From assembly GCA_024686335.1 (NCBI GenBank), contig JAILCI010000007.1, positions 16,869 through 80,868 on the forward strand: a DNA stretch of 64,000 bases, read 5' to 3'. Shown here piece after piece: positions 27,276-40,700 of the stretch. Source of the DNA: Bacteroidales bacterium (GTDB lineage Bacteria; Bacteroidota; Bacteroidia; Bacteroidales; WCHB1-69). Under the pieces are notes generated by a model. It saw only the letters and a list, made by a program, of their open reading frames with translations, was not told the DNA's origin and ran no database searches. Each line of letters starts with the position of its first letter. The first letter of the stretch is position 1. The position numbers were made by a program, and so were the translations under genes.

Positions 27276-28751
27276 ATGGCTAAAAATTCGACTACAAGAG
27301 CAGAAAACTATTCACAATGGTATAATGATATAGTGAAAAATGCTGATTTGGCGGAAAATTCATCCGTTAGAGGTTGTATGGTTATCAAACCTTATGGATA
27401 TTCAATCTGGGAAAAACTCCAATCCACTCTCGATAAGATGTTCAAAGATACAGGACATGTGAATGCTTATTTTCCATTGTTTATCCCCAAGTCATTTTTC
27501 AGTCGTGAGGCTAGTCATGTGGAAGGTTTTGCCAAGGAGTGTGCTGTTGTCACTCACTATCGTTTGAAAAATGCCGAAGATGGTAGCGGAGTGGTCGTTG
27601 ATCCGGATGCTAAACTGGAAGAGGAGTTGATTGTCCGACCCACTTCCGAGACCATTATTTGGAATACCTATAAAAACTGGATTCAATCTTACCGTGACCT
27701 GCCTATTTTGTGCAATCAATGGGCTAATGTGGTTCGTTGGGAGATGCGTACTCGTCTCTTCTTGCGCACGGCAGAGTTTTTGTGGCAAGAGGGTCACACT
27801 GCACATGCCACTCGTGAGGAAGCTGTGGAAGAAGCCGAACGCATGCTGCATGTTTATGCTGATTTTGTTGAAAATTGTATGGCTATTCCGGTGGTGAAGG
27901 GTATGAAATCACCCAATGAGCGCTTTGCCGGTGCTCTCGACACTTATTGTATTGAAGCGTTGATGCAGGATGGCAAGGCTTTGCAGGCTGGTACGTCCCA
28001 CTTCCTAGGTCAGAATTTTGCAAAGGCTTTCGACGTAAAATTCCTCAATAAAGATAATCAGTTGGAGTATGTATGGGCTACATCTTGGGGCGTTTCTACT
28101 CGTTTGATTGGAGCCTTGATTATGACTCACTCTGATGACAATGGTTTGGTTCTTCCTCCGAAACTTGCTCCTACACAGGTTGTTATCATTCCTATCTACA
28201 AGAATGAAGAGCAACGCCAGGCTATTGCAGAGAAGGCTCAATCCTTAATGCAGGAGCTTAAGGCTCTCAATATAACCGTCAAGTTTGACGATGACGACAC
28301 CAAGCGTTCTGGTTGGAAGTTCAACGAGTATGAGCAGAAGGGTGTCCCGGTTCGTATAGCTATCGGACCTCGCGATTTGGAGAATAACCAGGCAGAGGTT
28401 GCTCGCCGTGATACCCTTACCAAGGAGGAGGTTTCCTTTGACGGTATCGCAGCCTATATCCAAAAATTATTGGAAGACATTCAAAATAATCTCTTCCAAA
28501 AAGCGTTATCATTCAGAGAAACACATACTTTCAAGGCTGATACATGGGATGAATTTGTGGATTTGTTGGATAATAAGCCTGGTTTCGTATATGCTCACTG
28601 GGATGGCACGGTTGAGACAGAAGAGAAGATTAAGGAGCTTACAAAGGCTACTATCCGTTGCATTCCGATCAACAATCCTTTGGAGGAAGGTAAGTGCATC
28701 TTGACTGGCAAGCCTTCCAAACAAAGAGTCCTTTTTGCTCGTTCCTATTAA
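27276..28751 (+). CDS. proS: Proline--tRNA ligase (archaeal/eukaryote-like type)
   Basis: 491 aa. It starts [37 protein letters not shown], carries class II aaRS motifs, and ends in ...FARSY. Confidence 0.9.
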   Translation: MAKNSTTRAENYSQWYNDIVKNADLAENSSVRGCMVIKPYGYSIWEKLQSTLDKMFKDTGHVNAYFPLFIPKSFFSREASHVEGFAKECAVVTHYRLKNAEDGSGVVVDPDAKLEEELIVRPTSETIIWNTYKNWIQSYRDLPILCNQWANVVRWEMRTRLFLRTAEFLWQEGHTAHATREEAVEEAERMLHVYADFVENCMAIPVVKGMKSPNERFAGALDTYCIEALMQDGKALQAGTSHFLGQNFAKAFDVKFLNKDNQLEYVWATSWGVSTRLIGALIMTHSDDNGLVLPPKLAPTQVVIIPIYKNEEQRQAIAEKAQSLMQELKALNITVKFDDDDTKRSGWKFNEYEQKGVPVRIAIGPRDLENNQAEVARRDTLTKEEVSFDGIAAYIQKLLEDIQNNLFQKALSFRETHTFKADTWDEFVDLLDNKPGFVYAHWDGTVETEEKIKELTKATIRCIPINNPLEEGKCILTGKPSKQRVLFARSY

Positions 28752-28762
28752 TATAATATTGT

Positions 28763-29530
28763 ATGGATGAAAGGTTGCAAGCTTTTGAGCGTCTGTTGAA
28801 TATCATGGATGACTTGCGTTCCAAGTGCCCATGGGATCGTGAGCAGACTTTTGACACACTACGCTGCTTGACGATAGAGGAGACGTATGAGCTCTCGGAT
28901 GCAATTGTTGAGAAAAACTACAGTGACATGTGCAAGGAGTTGGGAGACCTTCTCTTGCACATTGTCTTTTATGCAAAGATAGCAGACGAACAGGGAAAAT
29001 TTGATATCACTAAGGTTCTCAATCAGTTATGTGACAAGTTGATTCGTCGTCATCCGCATATTTATGGCACTACCGAGTCCAATACGGCTGAACAGGTGCA
29101 TCAAAATTGGGAGAAGATAAAACTGCAGAAAGAGGGTAACCGTTCGGTATTGGGTGGTGTTCCAAAGTCACTACCTGCCTTGATCAAGGCCTATCGTATT
29201 CAGGAGAAAGTTAATGGTGTAGGTTTTGATTGGAACAACCGAGAAGAGGTGTGGGATAAGGTTCAGGAAGAGTTGGATGAGCTTCAGGTTGAGGTAGCGC
29301 AAAACTCTGATAAAGTGGAAGATGAGTTTGGAGATGTGTTGTTTGCACTCATCAACTATAGTCGCTTTATTGATGTGAATCCCGATGAAGCCTTAGAAAA
29401 GACTAATAGAAAATTCATACGTCGGTTTCAGTATATAGAGCAGAAGGCAAAGGAAACAAACCGTAAGATTACTGACCTCTCTTTGGACGAGATGGAGGCA
29501 TATTGGCAGCAATCTAAGACTTTAGAATAA
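28763..29530 (+). CDS. mazG: Nucleoside triphosphate pyrophosphohydrolase MazG
   Basis: 255 aa. LRSKCPWDREQTFDTLRCLTIEETYELSDAI and ELGDLLLHIVFYA show the tandem MazG EExxE/D pattern. Confidence 0.9.
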   Translation: MDERLQAFERLLNIMDDLRSKCPWDREQTFDTLRCLTIEETYELSDAIVEKNYSDMCKELGDLLLHIVFYAKIADEQGKFDITKVLNQLCDKLIRRHPHIYGTTESNTAEQVHQNWEKIKLQKEGNRSVLGGVPKSLPALIKAYRIQEKVNGVGFDWNNREEVWDKVQEELDELQVEVAQNSDKVEDEFGDVLFALINYSRFIDVNPDEALEKTNRKFIRRFQYIEQKAKETNRKITDLSLDEMEAYWQQSKTLE

Positions 29531-29551
29531 TCAACAAAAAAATCGCGCCTT

Positions 29552-31477
29552 ATGAATAATAAAATAATAGTATATATATTAGTATTGTTTTTAGGAATAG
29601 TTCCTGTAGAGCTTTTTTCACAGAAGCGTTCCAAGGCTGCTGACCTTTGCGAGAAGGCTGAGAAAGCCTTGAACCAGCGCGATTTTGTAAAAGCTTTAAA
29701 CTATCTGAAACAGGCTACTCAGAAAGATCCGGGATATGTAGATACTTATATCTTGATGGGTGATGCCTATAATTTTACACTAAAGTCTGATTCGGCCGCT
29801 GCTTGCTATGACCGCGCTATCACTTTGATCGGAGAACCTGACCCATTGTTGTACAACATTGCGGCAGCGGAGCATATGAAGTGTGGTCAATATCAGAAAG
29901 CGCATGACTATTATGAGCTCTTTTTGTTGAAGGGTCTTCAATATACAGATGTGTTGACCGAAGCGCAAAAAGGATTGGCCAATTCCAAGTTTGCGATAGA
30001 AGCTATGAAGTCTCCCGTGGCTTATGAGCTTAAGAATATGGGACCTAACATCAATTCTGAGTGGGATGAGTCATTGGCTGCTTTGACAGCGGATGATGAA
30101 ACGATTATCTTTACCGTGCGTCGTCCCAAGGATGAACATACAGTCTGTGCTTTCTGTGTTAATGAGGAAGATCTTTATAGTGCAGAACTTAGGGGAGGGG
30201 AGTGGACACCCCGCAAGGTTTTGGCTTCTCCGGTAACTACTGGTTACAATGAGGGAGCACAGAGTATTTCTCCCGATGGCAACTACCTTCTTTACACGAT
30301 GTGCAATGCAGACTATGGTCTTGGCAGCTGTGACCTTTATTGGGCGAAACGCATTGGTGATCGTTGGTCTCGTCCTCGTAACTTCGGTACTCCGGTCAAC
30401 ACCGGTGCTTGGGAGAGTCAGCCATCTATGGCTGCTGATGGAGTGACAATCTATTTTGCCTCTTCTAGACCTGGTGGCTTCGGTGGTATGGACATCTGGA
30501 AAACGACCATGACCTCTGAGGGTGCTTTCACCGCTCCGGAAAACCTTGGTGCTACCATCAATACTCCTGAAGATGATGCAGCTCCGTTTATCCATAGTGA
30601 TGGCCATACACTATATTTTGCATCCAATGGTCGTGTGGGAATGGGCGGTTATGATCTTTATTACTCTACCTTACTGCCTGACGGTAGTTGGAGTGAGCCT
30701 AAGAACCTAGGCTATCCTATCAATACTTGGAATGACGAGATTAATATTTTCATCAATGCCCAAGGAACTACTGCCTATATTTCCTCAGATAAAGATGGAG
30801 GTTTTGGCGGATTAGATCTCTATAGTTTTGATCTCGATGACAATCTTCGTCCCAGTCCTGTAACCTATATTAAAGGTAGAATTAGCGATGGCGAGACCGG
30901 AACTCCTTTGCAGGCCGATATCCAGATGATCGATCTTGAAACTCGCCAGCTTTTGGTCGGTACTACATCTGATGCTGAGACTGGTGAGTATTTGGCCTGT
31001 GTTCATACGGGTAAGAATGTTCTGCTTAATGTCTCACGTCCAGGTTACCCGTTCTATTCTGAGAACTTCCAGGTTGAGAAGTCCTATACTCAGTTGAAGC
31101 CCTATATAAAAGATATTGTATTGCAGCCAGCCGAGGTGGGAACTGTTGTGATCTTGAACAATATCTTCTTTGATTTTGACCGTAGCGACCTTAAGCCAGA
31201 GTCTTTTGTGGAACTCGATCGACTAGTAGACTACCTCAGTCATAACAAAGTCAGGATAGAGATAGGAGGTCATACTGATAATACGGGTTCTGCCGAGTAT
31301 AATGAAAAGCTTTCTCAAGAGCGAGCAAAGTCCGTTTACAACTATCTCATAGCCCATGGAATTGCAGAATCCAGACTTGCTTATAGAGGTTATGGCATGC
31401 AGAAACCCATTGCTACGAACGATACAGAGGAGGGAAGAGCAAAAAATCGTAGAACGGAATTCACAATTATTCAATAG
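29552..31477 (+). CDS. PorE-like OmpA-family protein (TPR + PD40/TolB-like beta-propeller + CarboxypepD_reg-like + OmpA_C peptidoglycan-binding domain)
   Basis: 641 aa. TPR-like N-terminus; repeated SPDG..LYF.S.R.GG.GG.DLY PD40 units; YIKGRISDGETGTPLQADIQ (CarboxypepD_reg-like); OmpA_C NNIFFDFDRSDL...GHTDNTGSAEYNEKLSQERAKSV...NRRTEF. This four-domain order matches the published architecture of the Porphyromonas T9SS component PorE (PG1058). Orthology was not tested. Confidence 0.75.
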   Translation: MNNKIIVYILVLFLGIVPVELFSQKRSKAADLCEKAEKALNQRDFVKALNYLKQATQKDPGYVDTYILMGDAYNFTLKSDSAAACYDRAITLIGEPDPLLYNIAAAEHMKCGQYQKAHDYYELFLLKGLQYTDVLTEAQKGLANSKFAIEAMKSPVAYELKNMGPNINSEWDESLAALTADDETIIFTVRRPKDEHTVCAFCVNEEDLYSAELRGGEWTPRKVLASPVTTGYNEGAQSISPDGNYLLYTMCNADYGLGSCDLYWAKRIGDRWSRPRNFGTPVNTGAWESQPSMAADGVTIYFASSRPGGFGGMDIWKTTMTSEGAFTAPENLGATINTPEDDAAPFIHSDGHTLYFASNGRVGMGGYDLYYSTLLPDGSWSEPKNLGYPINTWNDEINIFINAQGTTAYISSDKDGGFGGLDLYSFDLDDNLRPSPVTYIKGRISDGETGTPLQADIQMIDLETRQLLVGTTSDAETGEYLACVHTGKNVLLNVSRPGYPFYSENFQVEKSYTQLKPYIKDIVLQPAEVGTVVILNNIFFDFDRSDLKPESFVELDRLVDYLSHNKVRIEIGGHTDNTGSAEYNEKLSQERAKSVYNYLIAHGIAESRLAYRGYGMQKPIATNDTEEGRAKNRRTEFTIIQ

Positions 31478-31536
31478 GGAATTGTTGATAACCTCCGAGC
31501 TTGTAAAAGTATAATAAACTAAAAATCAATAAAATG

Positions 31537-31567
31537 AAGGCGATATGTAACAATATCGCCTTTTTTT
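31537..31567 (+). terminator. Rho-independent terminator after the PorE-like gene
   Basis: A perfect 10-bp stem, aaggcgatat (31537-31546) with atatcgcctt (31553-31562), encloses the loop gtaaca. It is followed by a T-run reaching 31567. Confidence 0.8.
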
Positions 31568-31645
31568 AAGTATAAGAGGGGTAGGAGGAAAAAGAATATT
31601 TTTGAAAAAAAAAATTTGTGATTGTTGAAGAATGAAAAAAAAATG

Positions 31646-31653
31646 TATTTTTG
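31646..31653 (+). promoter_or_regulatory. -7 promoter box (TATTTTTG) for the giant adhesin gene
   Basis: tatttttg at 31646-31653, 114 nt upstream of the ATG at 31767. A TTG at 31625-31627 lies 18 nt upstream and could be a -33 element. An A9 tract (31635-31643) lies in the spacer. Confidence 0.45.
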
Positions 31654-31766
31654 CAAGTTGAAATTTTAGTGTAATGTATAGTTATGTAGTATGCTAAATA
31701 AGAAGACGATACAAATGAATAGAAAGAAATAATAATAATTAATAATAACAATCAATAAAAAACAGT

Positions 31767-34700
31767 ATGAAAAAATTATTATCAATTTGCTTTTTAAGCA
31801 TTCTGCTGGCGTTTCTGAGCTTCAATGTTCAGGCGCAGACAACATCGTCATGCTGCTTTTGGTTGGAGAATCTCCAACCACAGACATTGCATGATATTGC
31901 CAATGTCCCTGGCGGTGGCGCTGCCCATCTGCCCGGTACTGGTGGTGATGTTGTATTGAACAACACCATGAATCCGGTGTTGCATGGTATTGATCCGGCT
32001 ACCGGTCAATGTCAACAGACGGACTTTTACAGAGTCCGCTTTGCGAATACCTGCAACCTTCCCGCTGGCACGAAAGTGTCTTTGGAATGGAAGTTGTATC
32101 GCGATGGCGAACTTGTAAACGGCAATCTTTCTGATTATGCCGACTTCCGTATTTACACTCGTTACCAGAGACTGGAAAATGACCCGGATCCTCTGTCTGC
32201 TGGACAGCCTGTTCCCCATGCCACTATTCCTTGGCTTGGTGGTCGTGTTATTGAAAGCTTGGGTGGTTGCTTTGACACCCACAACCATGTGACTGGCCTC
32301 AACTATGATGTTGCTGGCTATCCTGGTGCTTTCCAGGTTGAACCCCTGCCTTATGAATTTGCCAATACTTCTTTTGGCGCTGACGGTTCCATCTTCATTG
32401 CAAATGAGATGGCTCTCGACTATTTCAACCTTCCTTTCTTTGAGTCCACTGATCACGTAATCGTGATTTGCTGGAAGCAAGTTGGTAATTACTCTTTGGT
32501 TGTTGGTTTGCGTGAACGTCTTTACGGTACCGATTGGCCAACGCTTTACTGGACTGATGAAGAAGGCAACCCGATGGGTTCCATTGGTGGTCATGAGAGC
32601 CATTGTGGCGCACTCCTCGCTCAAGACTCTATCCACTATCTTGTAGAGACTGATTATAAGAAAGCCGTTTGTGACGGTGAGACTTGGGACTTCGGTAGCC
32701 CTACCGCTACTTTCTCAGTTGAGAATCCTTATCTTGTCATTTTCGGTGAGAACGAATGCGATCACTTCAGAGTTGACAGCTTAGTTCATCTTGATTTCTA
32801 TACCCGTATCAATCCTGATATCGTAGCTAACGATTTCGAGATTTGTGTTGGTCTTCCATTGCCAGCTGATTCCGTAGCTGCTCATGCTCCTGCTGTCGAC
32901 ACTGACGCACCGGGCATCCTTGACTATTATATCTCCTGGTCACAAGATGGCACTACTTGGACACAAACCACTCCCAGCTATGACGCTGTAGAGGTTGGTA
33001 CTTATACTTGGTATGTACAACAGACCAATCATTATGATTCAGTTACTCCGGATGATTTCGAGTGCTCTGGTGAGATCGATACTTTGACTATCACCGTGAA
33101 ACCTCTCTATCCTCCTGTAATTGATCCTGCTCAATTTGAGTTCTGCTACAATGAGATGCCTACCACTCTCGCAGTTCCTGCAAGCTATGATAGCCGCGAG
33201 GAATGCGCAACTGGTATTGTATGGCAATTCGGTACCACCAACTTGGATACCCTTGCCGACGGAGAGTCTTACAATGTTAATATGGCAACCTACTTCACCC
33301 AGAATGTGAATAAGACCCAAACCTTCAACGTATTCACAACGAATGGTTATGCTAATTCACTTCCTACAGTAGTTACCGTTGTCGTTAACGCTTCTCCTGA
33401 ACTTATTGGTGACAATTCTCAAGTAAACGAGACATTGTGTCCTAACGGCAGTGCTTTGCTGAAGACACAATTCACAGATGACAATATTGCTCAAACCAAT
33501 AGCACTATCGCTTACTATTGGACAAGAAACAATGTTGCTATCAATGAGAATACTGCTTCTATCACTGGTTATGCTCCTAATGCATGCACAGGTTCCAACA
33601 CCTATGTTGTAACAGCTATTGCTACCAGCGATGCAGGTTGTAAGGATACTCTTACCCGCACCTTCGTTCTGACCGCTCAGGACACCAACGCTATCGTTGT
33701 TACTCCTAAGCCTTCTACCGAAACCAATATTACCATTTCTGGTTGCGACACCACCGTTTCTGCTTTTGTTAACGGTATTCGTACTTTGGCTGATCTTGAG
33801 AATCTGTTGAACATCAACGATCACTGCAGCAACCTTGCTGAGGTTCATTATACTGCTAATGTAACTGCTGCAGCTTGTTCTACTGTTGTTACTAGAACAT
33901 ACATTCTTGAAGACGAGTGTGGTAACGTTTCTAATCCTTATGTTGAGACCTGGACTATCGTTAACAACTACAAACCTGTTGTTACTGGTCTTTCCGAGAT
34001 GCATTTCGTTCGTATCCCTGAATGTAAATACGAAGTTCCTGCTCTCCAAGTATTAGTTGATTCATTCAATGTACACAATACTGTTACTTACGAATGCACA
34101 CCTAATTCTATCTCCAACTATGCTTTCTATTTGGATGCTAATGCTACTGTCTCTGCTCCTGGTCATGAGATTTTTGCTGACAATGCTCCTTATGTAAATA
34201 TCTATGCAGTTATTACCGACGCTTGTGGTAACAAGTCTGTTCCTACACACGTGTTCACAATCTATCGTCCGCTGCCGATGGCTATCACCGATGGCGCTAT
34301 CACTGCTCTTCCTTCTGACATCTGTCTCCATGACACTGTCTTCTTGGAGTTCGATTATTCACATGTTATCAATGCTACTCCGTTTGTAAATGCTGCAAAC
34401 GAGCAATATTATGTATATGAGTGGACTGCTAATCCTAACGATGGTAGTATCATCTATCATACCAGTCCTCACGCTCAAGGTGTTCCTGCAACTCCTAATA
34501 CAGATTACACCTACACTATGACCGTTACCGATTTCTACGGTTGTCAGGCTTCTGTTTCCGCAGCTCCTGTACATGTTCACGGTCTTCCTACTGTTGCAAT
34601 CGAGGAGATCATCCTCAACGGTTCTCAGTTCCCGCTTTGTCCTAACTATGGTAACCTTACCATTCATTCTATTACCACTCCTGGTAATGGTGGCACTATC

Positions 34701-37700
34701 GTTTCCCACACTTGGAGCGGTGAGAGTGTAAACCTTCCTCTTGAGGCTAATATGGACACAACTTTCGTTACCATCCTTCCGGACAGCTGTAACAAGACTT
34801 ACACTGCTTACCTGACCGTTGCTAACAATGACGGTTGTTTGGCTTCTACCTCTTACTCCTTCGACGTAGTTGATACTACTGCTCCTGTTATCAATGGTGT
34901 TGCCAATGAGGTCATCTTGGATCCTACTACCAATTGTAAGCTCCTTGTTCCGAATTTGGCTTTGATGTTCAATCCTAACAATGTTACTGACAACTGCTAC
35001 GGTTTTGGCAACTTGACTATTACTCAGAATGTTCCTGCTGGCAACCTCGTTGATGGCGGTACAGATGTTACTGTTACAATCACTGACCGTTGCGGTAATG
35101 CTACCACACATGTTATCACACTCAACTCTAGCGCTCCTCTCGCTATCACTATTACTGCTGACAACGATGAGATTTGCCAAGGTGAGGCTGTTAACTTGAC
35201 CACTGCTGTTGAGAATGAGGTTATTCCTGTTATCTACACTTGGAATACAGGTTCTCACAATGCAAACGTTTCAGTTCTCCCGACTGAAAGTAATCATGTC
35301 TATGTAGTTACTGTTACCGATAATATCGGTTGTTCAGCTAAGGCTACTATCGACATTCTTGTACATCATACTCCTGTTGCTGCTGACGTTACTTTGACTC
35401 AGACTGCTAACACCTATTGTGAGAATGATGACAATATTTATGATGGTACTATTTCTATCGCTGCTAACCATGCTGACGTAAATGCTTACAGAATGAGCGG
35501 TGAGACTGAGTGGCATGATCTTACTTATGTTTATACTGGTCTCCAGGAAGGTACTTATACTTTCGATCTCAAGACTATCTACGATTGTGAGTCTGATCAA
35601 ATCGTAAGCATCGCAGTTCAACGCGACACTGTTGTTGTTGTTCCTGTTACTACTACTACTGCTAATGCATGGTGTGTTGCTCCTTACGATGGAACTATCA
35701 CCATCACCAATCCTCAGGTTGGTTACACCTATGAGATTATCAATCTCCCGAACTCTGACGTTACTTATGAAAGTGGTGATATGATCTATGAGAATCTTCC
35801 TTATGGTCACTATTCAATCCACGTAACTACCGACAAATATTGTACATACGTTAAGGAAGACGTTATCGTTGACAGCGCACGTGTTTATCCTATCGTTACC
35901 GTTACCACGACTCCTAAGACTCGTTGTGATGAACCCGATGGTACAATCACCGTTACCAACGCTGTTGCCGGTACCACTTATACGGTTGGTGAGACCTCCA
36001 TCGAGGGCGCTCCTGCTGTATTCTCCAACTTGAATAGCGGTTCATACACACTGACTGCTGTTACTGAGTTCGGTTGTTCTAAGAACTTCAATGTAAATGT
36101 TAATTCTACTACTGAAGATCCTGTTGAACCGATTACTGTTATCGTTAATAATACTGTTTGCGATCAGTATATTACTCCTAACGGTACTCTTACTATCAAC
36201 GCTCCGATCTCCGGTTTCACTTATACCTTGAATGGCGAGACTATCGTTTCTGACGGTACTGCTCTCACCTTCGATTCTCTTGGTACTTGGGGTGCAGATG
36301 CTACTTATGCATTGACAATCCTCTCTAACCTCGGATGTTCTTCTACATTCTCTCAGACTGTACCGAATGTTCCTGTTTATCCGACATTTGCTGTTAATGA
36401 GATTTCTCTCACCAATAATACCAATTGCGAGGCTACAACTCCTAACGGTAAGATTACCATCGCTAACGTTTCTGGTTATACTTATGCAGTATATGAGAAG
36501 GTTAATGTTGGTGGTTCTATCACTGAGGTTCTCTTGACTTCTACCGAAGAGCTTGCTGCTGGTCAATATCGTATCGTTAAGAGAAACATTGCTACTGGTT
36601 GTGAGGTTGATACCAACGTTACTATTAACTTTGTTAAACCTGTTTACAACTGGTCTGTTGCTACAACTCCTGATCAGAATTGTGACTTAGTTCTCGGTAA
36701 CGGTACTATTACTGTCAACAGTGCTACTGCTAACTACATCTTCACATTGCTCAATGGCACTACTATCGTTGCAACCAACAATACTGGTGCATTCACCAAT
36801 TTGAATGGTGTTGTTACTTATAATTTGACTGCTTACAACACAGCTACAACCTGTTCTTATGACACTACTGTTAAGGTCATGACAAACCATGTTTATCCTG
36901 ATCTTACAATTGCTTCTTCTGCTAACCACAATTGTAAGGAAGAGAAGGATGGTGTTATCACTGTTACCAACAGCGGTGCTGCCGTAACTCCTATCACTTA
37001 TACTTTGTCTGATGCTTCTGGTGTAGTGGTTGCTACTAATACAACTGGTGTATTCACTGGTGTTAACAGTGGTAGCTACACTATCGATGCTGTTAGCGCG
37101 ATGAACTGCGGTGTATCTGAAGTTGAGACTGTTGTTGACAGCGCTTTCTTGCCTGCTCTCGTAATGCACGCTACTCCTAACACAATGTGTGCTCCTACAT
37201 TCGAGAAACCGGGTAACGGTACTATCGTTGTCACAGCTCCTATGAGCACTGATTATATCTATTACTTCGAGAACAATTCTGAACCTAACGTTTTGGATAC
37301 GGTTGGTTACTTTACTCCTGATTCCTACGTTATGTACTGGTTGATGACCGACCACTACACAGTACACGTTTACGATCCTGTTACTGGTTGTTCTCTCGAA
37401 GGTGGTATTGATGTTCCTCATGCAGATGTTGAAGTTAACTTCACTGCAGATGTAATTGACAATGTAAACTGCGAAGGACCTTACACTGGTATTATCGTTC
37501 TCAACGCTACCAGCGAGAATCCTGATGCTGATTTCGTATACTCTATCGACGGTGTAAACTATGGTAGCAACAATATGTTCCAGAACCTTGCTGCTGGTAC
37601 TTACACTATCTATGTAAAAGACCTCGATCTTGGTTGTAGCTATACTGCTGCTAATATCGTTGTTGAGGATAGCACTGAGTTCAAGCCGATCATCAACATT

Positions 37701-40700
37701 GATGGTAACAATGTTTACTGTCTCAATTCTGAAGGTCAGTTGATCGCTTCTGCTACCAGTACACTTCCTGGTGATACTGTATTTACCTACTCTTGGTACT
37801 CAGTATGTACAGGTACTACCGATGGTCCTATCCAAAACATCTATACCGGCCACGCTGGTATGTGTACCTATTACATCACAGTTGTCAGCGAGATGACTGG
37901 TTGTACATCTATTGACTCTATCAATGTTGAGGTTGAACCCAACCCGAATATCACCTTCTTGATTGACGGTAATGTTACTCATGAGGAAGAGTTGAATATT
38001 TGTCACAATGACTTCCCGGTTAACCTTGGTGTTGATCCTACCAATCTCGTTAGCTTCTTGTGGTCTAACCAGGCTACCACTTCCAACTTCGACATCACAC
38101 TTCCTAACGGTAATTACTGTTTCTTCACCGTTACAGTTACTGACCAGTATGGTTGCCAGAATGTAGACTCAATTGGTATCTACTCTATGCCGACCTATGC
38201 TACTACATTCGAAGATACTGTTTGCTTTGCATCTTCTAGTTCTGTTGTTTTGAGTGAAGATTTCAGTGGTTCTATTTCCGATTGGACTTTGGTTGACACT
38301 GAAGATGGTACAGGTCTTTATTATGGTACCTTCAGATTCAAATGGGGTTATAATCCTCCTCAATATTTGATTTCTCCTGAATTCGAACTTCCACAAGATG
38401 GTCTCTTAGAGTTTGATTATTATAATAATGATGACTATTATCCTGAGTCTTTCCAAGTTGGTTTCTCTAGTACCACCAATGCTACCGAATCTTTCTCATG
38501 GAGTGAAACAGTTTATGCTTCTGACGAAGAGCTCCATACTTATCAAACTTCTGTTCCATCTGGAACTAAGTATATGGCTATTAAACTTTTGTCATACGAT
38601 AAGTTCTATCTTAATGTTGACGATATTGTTATTACGTTCACAACTGATTATAATTCTTTTGCTGAGTCTGATGCTACCGTTTATTCTGGTGCTCCTGCAT
38701 TTCATCCTGCTCAGCATTATACCTACATTGACAGCTTGCAGACAATCTATGGTTGCGATAGTATTATGACTCACAATGTAACTGTAGCTACTGCTCCTGC
38801 TCTTACTTTGGCTTCTAATATTGTTACCACCTATTGTGCTGGCGATGCTACTGAGAATTTCAATGTTACTATTGAAGATAATAACTCTACAGTTACCGCT
38901 CAAGGTTGGGATATTTCTACCGATGGTGGTTCTACATGGCAAGTCTTCAACCCTGCTGCTCCTGTTACCTATGCTATGAATGGTGCTATTGTTCGTGCTT
39001 ACGCTACCAATAGCTGCGGTACTGGTTTTGCTACTACAACTCTCGTAGTTAATGACAAACCGACTGTTAATCCGCTCGTTGCTACCGAACCTGTTGAGTA
39101 TTGTACAGGTGATGCAATCACTGCTAAACTCACTGTTCCTACTTATACCTGTAACCATACTGGTACTTGTACAGGCGCTTGGGTTTATAGTCAAAGTGGT
39201 GATCCTGATTCTTGGACTGAGGTTACATCTGGTAATGTCTCCGTTACCATGGATGGTGGTTATCTTGCTTACCAAGTAACTAATGATTGTGGTTCTACTG
39301 TTTCCAATCCTGTACAAATTGTTGTTGATACAAGACTTGATGTCGCTATCCAACCTGCTACCATTTGTAAGGGTACTGTACTTGATGCTAGCATAATGAA
39401 TCTCGTTGTTAGTGGTATCACTACTACAGCTCCTGCTCTTGATACTACTTTCCTTCCTGCAGCACCTACAGCTACTGGTAATGTTTCTGTTCGTGTTGAG
39501 AATAAATGTGGTTATGCTTATGATAATGTTACCGTAACTGTTAATGACAAACCTTCTATGGGTCAACTGGCTCAGACTGGTACTTGTGTTGACGCATTTG
39601 CTTTGAGCATTCCTGTAATTAATTGGAACGGTACTGTAGGCGATTCTACATTGCAAGTAATGAATGGTAATACTTGGTCAAATACTACTGTGGCTGCTCT
39701 TGCTAATATTAATAATGATGGTAAGTCAATTCGTTACAAAGCTACCAACTCTTGTGGTACTACATTTTCTAATGTAATCCAACTTACAATTACTGATGAA
39801 CCTACTGTTGCTCTTGCAGTTGATCATTCTCTTGTATGTCAGGGCTCCTCTGTTAAATTGACAGCTACTCCTAACTGGTCTAATGCTCAGGGCACTCTCG
39901 CATTTGAACACAGTACTGATGGCCAAACTTATGCCGCTATTAATACTAATTCGAATCCTGCTACTGTTGTTATGAACGATGCTGGTACCCATTACTTCCG
40001 AGTAATTGCTGACAACGCTTGTTCAGCTACTGGTGTAGTTTCTAACGTTGTTACTGTCACTGTTGAGCCTACTCCAGTGCTTCAACAGCTTCCGACCATT
40101 GTTATCTGTAATAATGCTCAACCTGTCTCTTATCAAATTAATACCAACAGAAATATCTCTATTACAGGTGCTCCTTCTTGGATTACCTATGATTCCGAAG
40201 ATGCAACTGTAACTATTACACCAAATACTGACATAGCTGCTGGTACATATACTTTCACTGTAACAACTTTGACAGATGCTTGTGAAGCTGTATCTGTGGT
40301 AGATACTGTTGTCATGAACTCTATTCCTGAAATTGTGACATTTGAGGTTAATAAGGAACTCTTCTGTATCGGTGATACATTAACCCTTAATTCCCACATA
40401 GAATTCCATGCAGATAATCAAGTTTCTGCACTTATTCATACTTATCGTGGTGAGACTCTTGTTACTGATTACGCTGATCCTTTCATCATCTCTATTCTCG
40501 ATACTAACTTAAGAATTGTTCTCGCTGCAGGCAATCCATGTGGTTCAGTTTCTTCTACGATCAACGTGAACGTTTCCGCTCCTGTCTCACTTACTATCGC
40601 TGGTGTTGACACATGCTCCGGTATGCCTGTATCCAATTTCGTTCCTGCTCCTTCTTATACCCTCTATGGTCAAACGGTTGTAGAGGCTGAGGGTTGGATC

